This document shows, one piece after another, positions 13,591 through 27,721 of a DNA stretch of 64,000 bases. Position numbers and translations under genes: made by a program. Numbering within the stretch: position 1 is the first letter of the stretch; each line of letters starts with the position of its first letter. A model generated the notes under the pieces. The model ran no database searches. It was not told where the DNA came from and worked only from the letters and a program-made list of their open reading frames with translations. This stretch comes from the human T2T-CHM13v2.0 reference genome, Homo sapiens, in assembly GCF_009914755.1 (NCBI RefSeq), contig NC_060932.1. The stretch is one strand, 5' to 3'.

Positions 13591-14956
13591 CACAGGAAAA
13601 TGCGGTGCTGCGGGAGGGGCCACACTTGGAGGAGCTGGAGTGCTGGGGTGAGGCAGGGAGGGAACGGGCTGGAGGTGGTCATGGGGCCCTGCCCTTAGAT
13701 GAGCTAACTGGGGAAATGGCTTCTGAGAGGGGGACGTCCGTGTGGAAATGGGAAGAAGCTGGCCGGGTGCAGGTTGCGGGGCAGGCATGAGGGGAGGCAA
13801 TTCAGGCAGCAAAAGCAGCAGGGTCAAAGGTCAGAGGACGTGGGCCCGTAGCCTCGGAGGAACCGGAGGAGCAGAGCAGAGGCCAGAGGGCCAGAGTGGG
13901 TGGCAGGGAGGCTGGCAAGGGAGGTTGTGGCCATTGTCCCAGGACCAGGGGAGCCATCGTGAGCTCTGAACAGGGGAGTGGCACAGCCCGATCTGTCCTT
14001 TACTCAATGGTCTCCATTGCCCACATCCCTCCTGCCTTCCTTTGACAAATAGAAAACAACCCCCACCACAGCCAGGCGTGGGGTTGGGTGCCCAGAGGAC
14101 AGTGGGAGTGGGGGTCGGGGCACAGCAGCCTCAAGGGCTCGCGACCTGGCTGCCCAGATGGGCCTGTTCCCCAGCCCCGAGCTCCTAGGCTATGACAGCT
14201 TACCAAGGTTCCGGCCACTTGTCAGATAGCAGAGTCGGCCACGGGGCTCAAGGCTGACTTGTACTTCCCTCTGGCTGCTCGTAGGACGCCCACCCTGAGA
14301 ATGGACCGCAGTACCAGCCTGCTGTCACCCCACCAACTGGAACCTCACAGAAAAAGCGCATGTCCTGGCCAAGGGTGAGGAGGAGCAAAGGGCTGGGGAC
14401 CAGGTAGGGAGGAGGAGTCCCCAGGAGTACTGGCCCAGCTACTGGGTGCAGGAAGTCCTGGCAGGCTAGCCAGGACCTACCAACCAAAAGCCCCACCGGG
14501 AAGGACCCCACTGGGGCTCAGGAGCTGGATGCCAGGTCACCCGGCAGGCCCCAAGCTCACCAGCCCTCTGAACTCAGGCATCTTGGTCAGGTGGGGACTG
14601 TAGCAGTGGAGACGACTGAGTGAGGTGTCCTGTGGGGCACCTGTGTGGCTACACACAGCAGGTGCTGGGCAGGCCTTAGCAGCTCTCACTAGGGCAGGAC
14701 TACTCCTGGGGTCAGCCAAGGAGGAGCAGCGTGTAGAAGGCCTCCAGGACCCCTTCCAGCTCTGGACAACCTCCCTAAGGGGCAGAAAGGAGCCACAGAA
14801 AGGGAAGGAAGGGGATGGAATGCCCCCGGGGGAGGAAAGCCTGGCGGGAAGAGCGGTAAGTTCAGGAGTCTGGGAAGAGAGGCAGAAGGTTCCACCCAGC
14901 CCTGCCCTTGGGGCTGCTGAGCCTGGACAACCCTGCCACGTGAGTGGCCTCCTCAC

Positions 14957-15260
14957 CTGCAGAGCGGGATGGAGTGGGGGGCTGCAGAGCGGGAGGGAGT
15001 TGGGGGGCTGCAGAGTGGGATGGAGTTGGGGGGCTGTGGAGCGGGAGGGAGTGGGGGGCTGTGGAGCGGGAGGGAGTGGGGGGCTGCAGAACGGGAGGGA
15101 GTTGGGGGCTATAGAGCGGGAGGGAGTCGGGAGGCTGTGGAGTGGGAGGGAGTGGGGACTGCAGGGTGGGAGGGAGTGGGGGGCTGTGGAGTGGGAGGGA
15201 GTGGGGACTGCAGGGTGGGAGGGAGTGGGGGTCTGCGGAGCGGGAAGGAGTTGGGGGCTA
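14957..15260. repeat. G-rich minisatellite, 24-25-bp unit
   Basis: Repeated GGGAGGGAGTGGGGGGCTGCAGAGC variants, about 12 copies. Confidence 0.9.
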
Positions 15261-16112
15261 CTCAGGCCCTCCTCTCCGAACCTGTCTCCACCCCTGCTGT
15301 CTTCTTCAGGGCGCCTCAGACCCCTTCTGCTGAGCCAGCACCCCCCACCCTCGCCCACAGGCAGGAAAAGATGGGACTCCTGTGTTCCCGCTGCAGCAGA
15401 GCTGACTGGGGTCTGGGTGCTGGCTCAGCCAATGTCTGTCCAATGATGGTTGCTGTGTGTGGGGTGCACCCGACAGGCTAGGCCGTGGGGTTTCCAGAAC
15501 AAGGGATGACACAGGACCAAAAGGAGGAAACTGGGCTCAAGAGCTCCACCTCTTTGACGTCTTCCCCAGCTCAGGGCAGCAGTTCCCTGGGGTTGCTTCT
15601 TTGCCCAGAGCCCGGGCTCATACCCCACTATCAGTATCTCACCCGGGAGGTTTCTAGAACCTTGGAATAAAATGCTCCTCATCTTACTCTTCAGCACATT
15701 GTCGCACTGACCGTTGATCACTGAGTGAGTGAGTGGATGGGCGATGAGCCAAGGGAGGCCTGGAAGCCGGATTTTGCATCAGGGCTGTGGGCCAGGCCGG
15801 ATCCCCCGATGAGGAGGGTTTGGAGTATGTTTGCCTCAGGGCGGAGGCAGGAGGTGCCCAGGCCCTGCTCAGGTCAGGTCAGAGCCCTGTGCCAACAGCC
15901 AGAGAGGCCTGGCCTCCTGGAGGTAAGACCTGCATCCCTGGACGGCCCCGGCTGCCTTCGTTGTCTCCTGGCCACAGGGATGACCGGCACTCAGGGATCA
16001 GGAAGGGGCCGAAGAAGCACCTTCCTGCCAGGCCCTGCCACGTGTCCTCACCAGCCCTTGCCTCCCGCCCCACTCAGGGAGTTGGACCATCTGCATCAGG
16101 CCTTCCAGGGCG

Positions 16113-16521
16113 AAATGGCTTGACGTGTGTCCCCTCCAAATCTCATGTTGAGACGTGATTCCCAGGGTTGGAGCTGGGGCCTTCTGGGAGGTATTGGGTC
16201 ATGGGGGCTGATCCCTTGTGAAGGGCTTAGCCACCCCCTTGGTGACCCGTGAGTTTTCGCTCCGTTAGTTCACTAGCGATCTGGTTGTTTGAAAAGCCTG
16301 AGACCTCCCCTGCCCCTTCCTTGTTCCATGTGACACGTGGTTCCCTTTCGCCGTCCCCATGGTTAGAAGCCTCCTGAGGCCTCCCCAGAAATCAGGCAGA
16401 TGCCAGCACCATGGTTCCCATAAAACCTGAAGAACCATGAGCCAAAATAAACCTTTTTTAAAAAAATAAATTACCCAGCGTCAGGTATTTCTTTATAGCA
16501 ACACAAGAGCAGACTAATGCA
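16113..16521 (+). mobile_element. MaLR solo LTR (MST-like)
   Basis: CCCCTCCAAATCTCATGTTG start, AATAAACC, and end TTACCCAG..TCAGGTATTTCTTTATAGCAACAC..AGACTAA typical of MST/THE1. Confidence 0.8.
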
Positions 16522-16937
16522 TGGGGCTTCCAGGGCTGGCAGGAGGTGCCGTGTGACCACACAGGCCCCTGCCCTCTCTGTGCACAGCACAATGGGTCCA
16601 GTGTGCAAAGGAGACCCCTACTCGGGTGATGACCACAGTGGGCAGGGGCCTGAGGCAGGTCCACACAAAAATGCCATAAGCGCGCGGAAGTGTTCCTCCA
16701 GGGAACTGAGGTGCAGGCGGGGACCTCCCTCATACCCCCAAGGCAAGCCAGGAGCAGCTACATCTGCGTGTCACATCCCGGCAAAGGGGCCACCAGACCA
16801 CTCCTCACTGCCTCGATGGAGAGACCCCCCGGGCAGTGCTGGCCAGGTGCCGCTGGACAGGAGGACAGACACCCTGCTCCCAGGAGGGAAAGGGGAGGGT
16901 GGCCCAGCTCGGCTCCCAGATGCATCTGTAGAGTGGG

Positions 16938-17393
16938 GTGTGTGTGTGTGTGTGTGTGTGTGTTTGTGTCTGTGTCAGGGTCTCTGGAGTGTGTGTGTGT
17001 CAGGGTCTCTGGAGTGTGTGCGTGTTTGTGTGTGTGTCAGGCTCTCTGGAGTGTGTGTGTGTGTATCAGGGTCTCTGGAGTGTGTGTGTGTGTGTCAGGC
17101 TCTCTGGAGTGTGTGTGTATCAGGGTCTCTGGAGTGTGTGTGTGTCAGGGTCTCTGGAGTGTGTGTGTGTGTGTGTCAGGCTCTCTGGAGTGTGTGTGTA
17201 TCAGGGTCTCTGGAGTGTGTGTGTGTCAGGGTCTCTGGAGTGTGTGTGTGTGTCAGGGTCTCTGGAGTGTGTGTGTGTGTGTCAGGCTCTCTGGAGTGTG
17301 TGTGTATCAGGGTCTCTGGAGTGTGTGTGTATCAGGGTCTCTGGAGTGTGTGTGTGTCAGGCTCTCTGGAGTGTGTGTGTGTCAGGGTCTCTG

Positions 17394-17436
<43 letters not shown>
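16938..17436. repeat. Compound repeat: (GT)n interrupted by CAGG(G/C)TCTCTGGA, about 15 units
   Basis: Directly visible; source of the Cys/Val pseudo-ORFs at 16517-17529. Confidence 0.95.
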
Positions 17437-17437
<1 letters not shown>

Positions 17438-17671
17438 TGAGTCCGTGCCGTGTGTGGCACGTGGCTTGCGTGGTTTGTGTACATGCTCCAGGTCGCTTCT
17501 ATCCTGAGGGTCACAGCTCCTTCTGGTGATGCCCCTCGCCTGGTGCCCTCTTCAAGGGGATGTCCTGGCCATAGGCCTGTGTCTCCAGGAGGGGAGCAGG
17601 ACACAGGCCCGCTGAGCCCCTCTGCGGTGGGCAAGTCCTCCGAGGCTAAGCCCCTCCAGGGTGAGTCTGTC

Positions 17672-17775
17672 CTGTCTCCCAAGTCTGAGCCCCTCGGCGG
17701 TGGGCCCGTCCTCTGAGTCTGAGCCCCTCTGTGGTGGGCCTGTCCTCTGAGTCTGAGCCCCTCCATGGTGGGTCT
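17672..17775. repeat. Short tandem repeat, about 34-bp unit x3
   Basis: GTCTGAGCCCCTC..GGTGGG repeated. Confidence 0.7.
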
Positions 17776-19984
17776 ATCCTGTCCTCCTAGTCTTCTTGTT
17801 TCCAGACTGGGGCGTTCTCCTGGGCTCAGAGTTGCACGGCACACAGCTTGGCCGCGTCGGAAGGGACCACGGGTGGACTTGCCCTGGGAGCTGCTCTCCC
17901 AGCAGCCTGACGGCCCTCCTAGGGCAGACCAACCAAGACTGCTCCTCTCCTCCCTCAGGGAGAGTCGCTGCCAGCCCCACAGAGCCGAGACGTGTCCGGT
18001 GGCTCTGGCAGTCTTGCCAATCTGGCCCATCTCCCTCCCCATGCCCATTGCCCCAGTTACGCCATGTCGCCCATGGTTCCTGGTTCTGGGCAGGGGTTGG
18101 GGGCTAGGCCTGGGTTTCCATCGCCACCCTTCCAGGATGTCTGTTTGGCCAGAAGACGTGGAATCCTTCAGCTGGTTCCCAATCAGGTAAGGACAAAGAG
18201 CCAGACAGGGTCCCTTGTTGAGCTGGTCACTTCTGGGGGCAGCTGGGGCCCTCAGAGGGATGTGTTGCCTTGGAGACAAGGATGCTGATCTATTTACCTG
18301 CTCACTTCTGCCCCCCATGAGCTGAGGGACCTCTAGGGACACTCATTCCTCTGCACTGCACACCTGTACCTGCTGGTCCGGCCCCATTCTTTGGAGGTGA
18401 CCCTGAAGCAAGGAAGAGAGAAGAGGGAGCTTGGGTGGAAAGCCATGAGCAGGCACAGGAGCTGGCGGCCACGGCTGCAGGAGTCAGAGGGGAGCCCAGA
18501 CGGTGTAGCAAGGGACACCAATGGTGTCTGCTCCCATTAGAAGTCCAATCAGCCAAAGTTGACCTCAAACTGACTGTCCTGGCTTAAGTAAGTGGGTATT
18601 TTCTCATGTAACCAGAAAGAATGGGCATTTTAGGGGCTCCATGCCCCACCAAAGACCCTGCCTCTTTCGGTCTTAACAAGATTTTTTTCTTCTTCTTCTT
18701 CTTGCCTCCAAGATGGGTGCTTCACCTCCAACCATCACATCTCCACTCCAGGAAGCAGAGAAGGTGAAGGGTCTTTGTCAGCTGAAACCAACTGCTTTCC
18801 TGTAAGTTCTGCCCGTGGCTTCCCATTTCTCACCAGCAAGAAAAGCGCCACATGGCAAGAGGCTGTGAGGTGCTCTGGGAGAGGTGCGCAGTCACCTCAG
18901 ACAAAACCTGTTCTCTGCGATGAGGAAGAAGGGGCGTGGGAGTTGGGAAGGCGGCTGGCAGGCTCTTTCAGAGGCAGATGTTATTAATTTAATGATTTTC
19001 CTTTTTCTTTGACACACGGAGCCAAGGCCGCCTTGGCACAAGCTGCAAGGTGCCAGCTGCAGGAAGGAGCATGACGGGAGCTGTGGTGGGGAGAAAGGAG
19101 GTATTTCCTCTCACAGTGGCCTCTGCATGCCCTCGGCCTCCCTAGACAATTCCTTCATCTCTTCCCTTAGCTGCCTCTCTGTGGCTGGGATTGTACCCGC
19201 CTATCAGCCAGGCACCTGTGAAAGGACCAGCTCACTTAGAGAGAAGCTGCCTGGTCTTACCCAAACCTCTGGCCAATCCCCTATTCCCAGGATAAGAGTG
19301 TCTTCCACAGCATCTGTGGCCCAGGGCCATCTGGCCTCTTGGTTACCACCAAGGCTGGGGAGCTCACTACCTCTATAGCATGTGTGTAGGCAGGGGAAGG
19401 AGGCAAGAGATGTGGGTAACATAAAATCCCCAGATTCCCCCTTGATGGTAGTGATCATGAAAAACATCTCCCCAAAGCCACAGAGGTTTTCAGGAAACTC
19501 CTTTCCAAGCCCTTCCTTGAGTGGAGATGGGATAGGCATGGGCAGCCCCCCAGAGTCCCCAGGGCTAAAGTGACCCTTTTGCACAGAGGAGACAGTAGAA
19601 AGGAGACAGGAGACAGTGTGTTTCAGAGAGGGGCAACCATTGCCCAAGTTCACCAGTGGAGGAATTGGAATGTGGGTCTGAGCACATCCAAAGGAAGAAA
19701 GGCAGGAAGAACAAACCACAGTCCCGCCCGAGTCAGCAACTGCCAGGACCAGGGCCCATCGAGGCTGTGCTGGCAAAGCTCCCTGGCTCCTGGTCCACCC
19801 TGTTTTCCCAGAGAATCCAGCCAGGTGTGGGGACGCCCAGGAGGGGCTGCCCGCACAGTGCGGTGTAGTGGGATTCAAGGGGGCCCCAGGGGAGAGGAGG
19901 GAGAGGTTTGGTCTGTAGTTGTGTTTGCCACTCCCCATTTTGCCCCCTTCCTGGGCAGGCAGGACTGGACTGGGCTGTGCAGTA

Positions 19985-21700
19985 TGAGTCATTTCTGGGT
20001 TTTCCATACTATTCCATTTCTGTGTCCTTCCTTCCACCAATACCATACAGTCATCATGGCTGCAGCTATTTAATAAGTCTTTAAATTGGGTAGACGTGTT
20101 CCTTCCACTTTATTCCGCTTTTCCAAAATTGTTTTAGCTACTCTAGTTCTTTTGCCTTTCCATACAAATTTTAGAATCACCTTGTCTGTACCTACAAAAA
20201 AAGAAAGAAAGAAAATCTTGCTAGGATTCTGAGAGGAATTTCTTCAAACCTGAATATCACTTTGGGAAGCATTGACCTCTATGGTGTGTTAAGTCCCCCA
20301 ATCCATGAATCTGGTATTTGTCTGCATTCACCTCATCTTCTGGGATTTCCTCCACAAGGCTTTCGTCGTGGCCATGCTTTACTAGCTTTGCAGCCAAGCA
20401 TTTCATTTTTGTTTCAGCAATCATAACTTGTATTGTATTTTCGTTTCTGTTTTTCCCTTCTAGCATTTAGCAGTACAATTTATTTGTAGATGTTGATTTT
20501 TGTATCCAGCAACCTTGCTGAAACTGCCTGTCAGCTCTAGGAGTTTTATGTAGATTCTTTATTATTTTCTGCACAGATAATTGTGTCATCTGCAGACACA
20601 GACAGTTTTTTGGGTTGTTTGTGTGTTTGTTTGTTTGTTTGTTTGTTTTTGAGATGAAGTCTCACTCTGTTGCCCAAGCTGGAGTGCAGTGGTGCGATCT
20701 CGGCTCACTGCAACCTCCATCTTCAGGTTCAAGTGATTCTCCTGCTTCAGCCTCCCAAGTAGCTGGGATTACAGGCACGTGCCACCATGCCTGATTAATT
20801 TTTTTTTTTTTTTGTATTTTTAGCAGAGACGGGGTTTCACCATGTTGGCCAGGCTGGTCTTGAACCCCTGACCTCAGGTGGTCCGCCTGTCTCAGCCTCC
20901 AAAGGTGCTGGGATTACAGGCATAAGCCACTGCGCCCAGCTGACACAGACAGTTTTACATCTTCCTTCTCAATCTGTATGCCTATGATTTATTATTCTTG
21001 CCTCATTTTAGTGGCTAGAACTTCCATTACTATGATAAATAAGAGTTTCTGATCTCCGAAGGAAAATACCCAGTCTTTCACCAATGGCATGATGTTTGCT
21101 GTAAGTTTTTTTTGTTTGTTTGTTTTTGTTTTTGTTTTTTTGTTTGTAGATGCCCTTTGTCAACTTGAGAATTTCTCCTCTATTCCTATTTTTTTCTAAG
21201 AATTTTTATCAAAAAATGTTGGGGCATCAATTGCTTTAACGTTATTATATAGCCTGTTAATATGGTGGGTTTCATTGCCTGAATTTCAAATCGAGCCAGC
21301 CTTGCATCCTGAGTGAGCCCCGCTTGGTCACAGCATTTGATTACTTTTACCTGCCATTGCATTCTATTTGCTAGCATTGTGTTAGGGATTTTTGCTTCTA
21401 TACTCATGAGGGTTATCAGTCTGCAGCTTTCTTTCATTTTCTTTCTTTTCTTTTGTACCATCTTTGGTTTTGACATTGGGGTGATATTAGCATCATAAAA
21501 TGAAATGGGGTGCGTTTCCTTCCTTTTCTTTTTCCTGGAACAGATTGTGTAGAATTGGCATTCACTCTTTAAACATTGGGTAGAATTATCCAGTGAAAAC
21601 ATATGGGCCTACAGATTTTTTTTTTTTTTTTTTGGTGAGTTTTAAAATTATGAGCTGGTTTTAATTCCCTACTGGCTACTTCATGAATTAATGGGTTAAA
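19985..21700 (-). mobile_element. Old LINE-1 (L1M) ORF2 fragment, interrupted by an Alu
   Basis: AT-rich block; ORF 21186-21602 gives SFYDANIT..CRLITLMSIEAKIPNTMLANRMQ..DQAG, a degenerate L1 RT motif ([31 protein letters not shown]..DQVG). Confidence 0.88.
20611..20941 (-). mobile_element. Full-length Alu (AluS-like) inserted in L1
   Basis: Antisense Alu with (TTTG)n tail; TSD GACACAGACAGTTTT on both sides. Confidence 0.95.
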
Positions 21701-24700
21701 GAACCTCCTTGACAAGCGTCCACTTCATATTTGAATGGATCAGGATTTTTACTTTTTAGAAAAGTTTTTCCTCTCACATCTCTTCCCTGGGCAATGGGGC
21801 ATGAGGCAAGCTGACTTCTCACCACCTGAAGGGTGGGCAGGAGGGCAGGGGTGCCTGGCCTGGCTCTGAGGAGGTAAGTGGGCTGGGAGGGGCTAGAGCA
21901 GGGCTTCCCACTAGGCTTTGGGCCGGCAAGTGGCTTCAACCAGAGGCTGCTGCCCCTTCCCCTGGCTGGGGGACTCCTCAGCCAGGACCATCCACCAGCT
22001 TTCTTCTGCTCTTGGCTACCCCTGCACCTTTGTGCAGGTAAATTCACCCTTCTTCTCAGTCACAGACATCACCAAGGCAGGCCCAGGCCACAGCCTCACC
22101 ACACCATCCTATCTCGGCAGATGGGAGGCAGAGGTCTAAAAAAGGTTGGTTGTCCACCCGGGGTCACCGATGGTGTGTGGAGGGCTACAGTGGAAGCCTG
22201 GGTCTTTCCCCCAAGTGGCTCCTGGGGCTTTGTAGGTGTGTGGAGGGGCCTGCGGTTGTGTAACGGGCCGCCACCTGGGAGGCCCTCTCTGAGGCTGGCC
22301 TCCCTGTCCTGCAGTGGGCACCCAGCCCAGGAGAGCCCCCACCCATCTTGCCGCCCTGCCAGGAGGAGGTGGCTCCCACCGGGCACCCACCAGGGGACAG
22401 GCATGACTGTGTATTTCTCCCTGAGTCCGTCTTTGTGAAGCTGGATCTGGCATCCAGCAGATGACCATTTCTCCATTTGTAAACAAGACAGGCCCCCCGC
22501 CGCCACTGCCCAGATTTGAGGCATCCGCACAGGTGCCTGTCCTGGAAGGCGGGCCCCTGAGTTAAATGCACCTCCCCTGTCCATTTCTGTCAATCCCTTC
22601 CTGGGCAGGTGCTTAGAGAAGATGGTGGGGATGAAAAGGAGCCCACTCAGAGGCTCCCGGGGGTGGCTTCCTGGCCTTTTCCCCAACACCAGCCCTGGGA
22701 TCGACACCCACCCCTGTGGGTCTGTCCACCAGGTTTGGCCCAGACCCTGTTGGGTGAGGGCAGGGAAGTGGTGGCCCCAGTGCCTGTCTAGTGGAGGCGA
22801 GACCAGGTGTATCCACGGCAGAGTCTGAGCCCAAAGGTCAGACCACAAGCTCCAGGGCAGGGGTGGCTGGGACAGAGCCTGCACAGGAAACCAACAGGCA
22901 GTCTGGTCCTCTGCCCTTTTCTGGTCTCAGATTCCTCTCTGCTTTCCTTCATTTCCCACACAGGCAAAGGTGGAGGGAGAGTGGAGCAGGGCAGGGCAGG
23001 AAAGACCTCTCTTCCAGGAGAAGGACCTAGGTGACCCTGCTTAGCCACGCCCGCCAGCCCCAGTGCTGGGGATGGGAGGGGAGCTCCTGCCTGAAGGTCC
23101 GGGCCCCATCCCCTGCATCCCACTCCCTCTGGTCCTCAGCTCCCTGGTCAAAGGCTGCAGCCTGCTCATCTTCCCCTGGCCTCCTGCACCCCCACCCCAG
23201 GCGCCCTTGGCCAGCCAAGCGGCCCTCCTCTCAACACACTGCAGGGCAGGTGCCCTCAGCCCTGTGCATCCCCAACCTCCCTTAAGAAGGTAGCACCAAT
23301 GCCGGGGGGTGCCAGGCTCGTGCTCGGGCCATGGACTCGCCTGGCCAGCCCTCGGTTCTCTGCAGAGCCTGCATGGGCCCTCCAGGGACCCCAGCACCCA
23401 GACGCCACTGACAAGGGGCTTCCATGGGGGCTGCTGGCACCAGGACCGGGTTGCACTCACCAGCTGGGACGTGAGGGTGAAGGTGGCCTTAAGGGTGGGG
23501 GCATTCAATGGGTGATCACCCAGGACCCCTCAGCTCATCCTAAGTAAGCACTGTGGGTTTTTCCTGTTATCATTACTGGCCCTGTTCTTCTGGCTGACCC
23601 ACAAGTTCCCAAGGGCAGGGACCCCTCCTGACCCCTCCTGGGGAATGTAAAGGTGGAAGATAGGTGAAGGCATGGCCGAAGGCTACCCTGGGAGAGAAGC
23701 AAGTGACCTCAAGGCGCCTGGAAATGGAATTGCAGACTGGAGTACTAGATGGAGGAGAAATTCCAGGGTGGGGACTCCAGGACGGGGGCTGTCTAGGACA
23801 GGGATGGGAGCGTGCAGGGTGCTGGGGTGATGACCCTGACCCCAGCATTGAAGGAGAGCAAAGGCAGGGCAAGGAGCAGGGCCGCCTCTGGTACCCAAGG
23901 CCCCTCCGTGCCCAGAGGAGCGACACCAGGGCGCTATGAGGGCATAGCTAATGGGGCCGAGGCAGGCGCTGCAGGTCCATGAGAGGGGAGGGCAGGGCAG
24001 GCTGAGGGCCCCAGCCTGGTAGCCCCTGCCCTAGGGGAGCCCGAGGCAGCAGGAGGACTGTGAGCCTAGGTGGGGAGAAGGCTGCTAGGGTGGAAGGTGA
24101 GAAGGCACTCTGGGGTCTCTGGTCCAAGCGTGCACATTTCATACCTACAAATATAAAACACACACGTGTTCAAAATGTTACCTCACTGATGAGGGAACCA
24201 GTAAAATGTTACAACTGGAAATCTCAAAGCACCCCACATATGTAGGGACGAAGAAAGCCGAAATGAATTCCCAGGTGGGATGCAGAAGGGAGCTGCCACC
24301 GGGCCATAGCCAAACGCACACCCCGGGCTCTTGCACGGGCACTCCATGGGCAGGTGCAGTCACCGGATAATGGATTTTCTACCACGGTGGACGAGGAGAG
24401 ATCTCCCAGTCAATGGAAGACAGGGGCCCCTTGACAGTGGGTGGCCAGGACGCTAATGCCCTCTCTGGTCTGCCCAAGCTCTTTGGCCCTTCAACTCTGC
24501 CCGGCATGGAGACCGGCCTTGGCCACTGGGATGCCTGGGACATGGCGGGCATGGCAGCCCCTGGTGGGGTGCTCTGAACAATGCACCTGGGGACAGAAGC
24601 AGGCTTGGGGACTGTGCACTGTCACTGGGCAGGCCCCGAGGCATCTGAGGCAGGAAGTCCCCTATGGACCCCTGGGCACCAGCATCCAACAGAGCCAGTG

Positions 24701-27700
24701 TCCGGTGTCCAGGACCCAGGCACCACTGGACACCCTGAACGAAGGTCCTCTAATGAGGCCTGACCCAGAGAGCCCCTGAGGGCCTGAGCCCCTCGTTGCC
24801 CTCTCATGCTCAGGTGCAGGGGGGTGCTCTCTGAGCTGAAGGGTCATCCTCCAGGGTAGGGGGCTGCAAGCAGCTGGGGCCAAGCCCCTCCTGGTCCTTT
24901 GGCCTAACCCTGAGAAAGAGCGGGGTTCAGTGGAACAAAAAGGGCCCAGCCACCGTGGGGAGAGGACCCCAGGACCATTTTCCCTGACAGCCAGCTCTGG
25001 ACTGTCCATCAGGGTGCCCAGGCCAACAGAGGCCCAAAGTGTGGGGCTGCGTGGACTCCTGCGTGCAGAGGATGCCTGAGGCACAGGGCAGGCCCCCAGG
25101 GTTTGGCGAGAGTTGGGCCTGACTGATCAGCTCCAGGCGGCGTTTGGCTGGATAGATAGGAATGCAGATTTTGCCTTCCTCCTGGAAGGACTCAGGCCGA
25201 GCAGCCTCCGCATCTTTAATTCAAGCTTCGGGGGGAGGGCAGCCGCCTGCCAGGACTGCTGGGGAGACGGACCCAGGAGAGAGCCATGGCCGGAGCAGGA
25301 GGAGCCACCCCCAGGAGGTGGTTCAGGCTGCAGGCAGGAGGACTTGGCTGTCGCGGGACAGCCAAGGGAAGGACAGGCTGTCTCAGGACAGGCCTGCAGC
25401 AGGATCTGGGAGCTGGGGTGCCTACTATGGGGGAATGGAGACCAGGGGTACGGGGCAGCCGCAGAGGCAGCTCGTCACTCAGCTCCTTGCCAGCCCCGAG
25501 GCTCAGTCACTATTTTTGATAGGATAAGCATGGAGTTGGCCCTGGGCTCCGGAAGCCCAGTTGCCGGAAGAGGGGGTGGCCGACGCTGCCGCTGGCTCCC
25601 CGAAGTGACCTAGATGGAAGAGCGCCTCCTCTGCCTTTCTGCCACAGGCTGCCTCGGGCCTCACAGGCCTCCCAGCTGACCCTGCTCCAGAGTGAAGGGC
25701 CTCTGGGTCACCCCGCCACCTGCTCAAGAGGGGAGGAAGCTGGCTGGGGATGCCCGGGCTCCTCAGTGCACCAGGGGCACCCTGTACTTGGCCCTCCCCA
25801 GCAAGATCAAGATCAGCAAATGCAGCCCCCGCCCTCCTCCTCTGGGGTTCACCTGGACCCTAACCCAGCCCTGCACCCAGGAAGAAAGCTCAGCCCGGCT
25901 GGCTGGCATCCCTGCCCCTCCCTCCTGCAGACTCGGACAGCACCGCTGCCAGCCTGAGGTGGCCATGATAAAAAATGAAGAGAAAGAGGTGAAACTAATT
26001 TGAATCATATATTTTATTTAACACAATATATCCACCCAATATATCCCAATATTTAACCCAACATTTCCCCACGCAGGAAGCATTCCAGCCTCTGGCTGGG
26101 CGCCATCAGTATCCTGTCAGGGCTGGAGTGGGGTCTGAGAGGGAAGCACGTCTCTGGAGCCCGCCTGATGGGGTGAGGACCCTCTTTAGAGCCCCTCTCT
26201 GCAGACCATGCCTCTGGCCCTCAGAGCCCTCCCACCCCCAGCCTGCCCTGCCTGCCCCTTAGCCGCATTCCTAAGCTCCGCACCCCTGGCCAGGCGACGG
26301 GCGGTGTGGGGGCTGAGGAGGGAGGAGTGCTGCAGCCTCGGAAGCCCAGCCAGAGACTCTCCTCGCCACCCACACGGCTCACTGGGACTCCGGGCATGGA
26401 GCTCCCGGGTAGGGGTGGACAGGAGGCCGGTGGCAGGCGGGGGCTGCTGTCAGTGCGAGGATGCACTGCTCCAGGCTGCCGCTGTGGCTTAGTGCCAACT
26501 CCACTCGGCCCCTGCCCCCATCCTCTCTCCCCTTTGCTTACCTGCAGGTGGCTTTGGTGACTTGACAATGGCCCAAGTGCTGCCATTGCAGAGATGGGGA
26601 AACTGAGGTAAGAGGAGGCGAAGCCGAGGGCCCTGCAGGGACCTGCATCCAGCATCTGTGGGGAGCCAGTCCCCGGTGTCACCGTGTGAATCTGACCACG
26701 TCATGGGCAGTAGCTCCGACCACCCCGTTTCACTGTGGGGAGGCGGAGGCCTGGCATGGGGAGGCTGTGTGGCCAGCTCCCTCCCGCAGAGGTCAAAGGG
26801 GAGGTCAAAGGGGAGGCAGCGGGGACACAGCCCAGGCCATCGTGATGGAGGCAACCCAGCCAAAGATAACAGGAGCTGAGGCCCACAGCAGTGACAGCAG
26901 AGGGTGGTAGTGACAGGGCTGTGCCCTGAGTGGGGACGCTGGATGCAGGGCAGGGATGGGTGTCTGACAGCTCTCCCTCCTCTGGACCCTGTGATTCCAA
27001 CTGCAAGACCGCAAGGACCCTTCCCAAGCACCCCCCTCTCCCGGCCAACAAACCTGCGCCCCTGCCCAGGCCTGAAACCCGTAGATCAAGGTTGCTGCAA
27101 GGACCTCAGCCCAGTTCCCATAGCAACGCCTGGATGGTGGGGGAGGGGAGAAGAATGGAAATGGAGAGACACCAAATAAAAAACAACAACCTCACAAAAT
27201 GAGCAGTCAGGGAAAGAGCTGTGGAGGGATGGCCCCGGCCCAGGCTGAGGAGGCCCCAGCAGGCACAGCCCCCATCACCACTCACGTAAACAGCACTGGC
27301 AGGCGCCAGCCACTGCACAGGGCGGGAGACACAGAGGCCAAGGAGGCAGCCCCCAAGGCCGGCACACAAGGGGCCTAGGCAGGGCTGCCAGACTCCAACA
27401 GGGAGTCCCTGGCTAGTCCCGTGGGTCTCAGCTCTAGAGAGGGGAGCAGATAGGCAGCTCTGCCCACCTAGCACTCACCTGCCCCTCTCCACGGCCGTCC
27501 CACGGGAGGAGCTGATCACGTGGGACCTTATCTGACCCATGTGTCAGCCCCACATCAGCCCCAGGGGGAGACACCCTCACCTTCCTGTTCCACCAGTGAG
27601 GAGGTGAGGCTCAGAGGGGCCACACACTCAGGTGAAGGGGAAGGGCCACAGCCAGGCGGGCCTGGGAATCTACACCATGCAGGGACGCTGGGGAGTCCGG

Positions 27701-27721
27701 CACAGAGCAGGCAGCGTGAGG

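Noticed and set aside
16517-17529. Cys/Val-rich ORFs; CRISPR-like repeat-spacer appearance
   Set aside because: Translations of the (GT)n compound repeat; spacers are not unique, there are no cas genes, and the DNA is mammalian.
21186-21602. Reverse-transcriptase-like ORF as a pol partner for Arc
   Set aside because: It is a degenerate LINE-1 ORF2 fragment, unrelated to Ty3/gypsy pol and 19 kb away.
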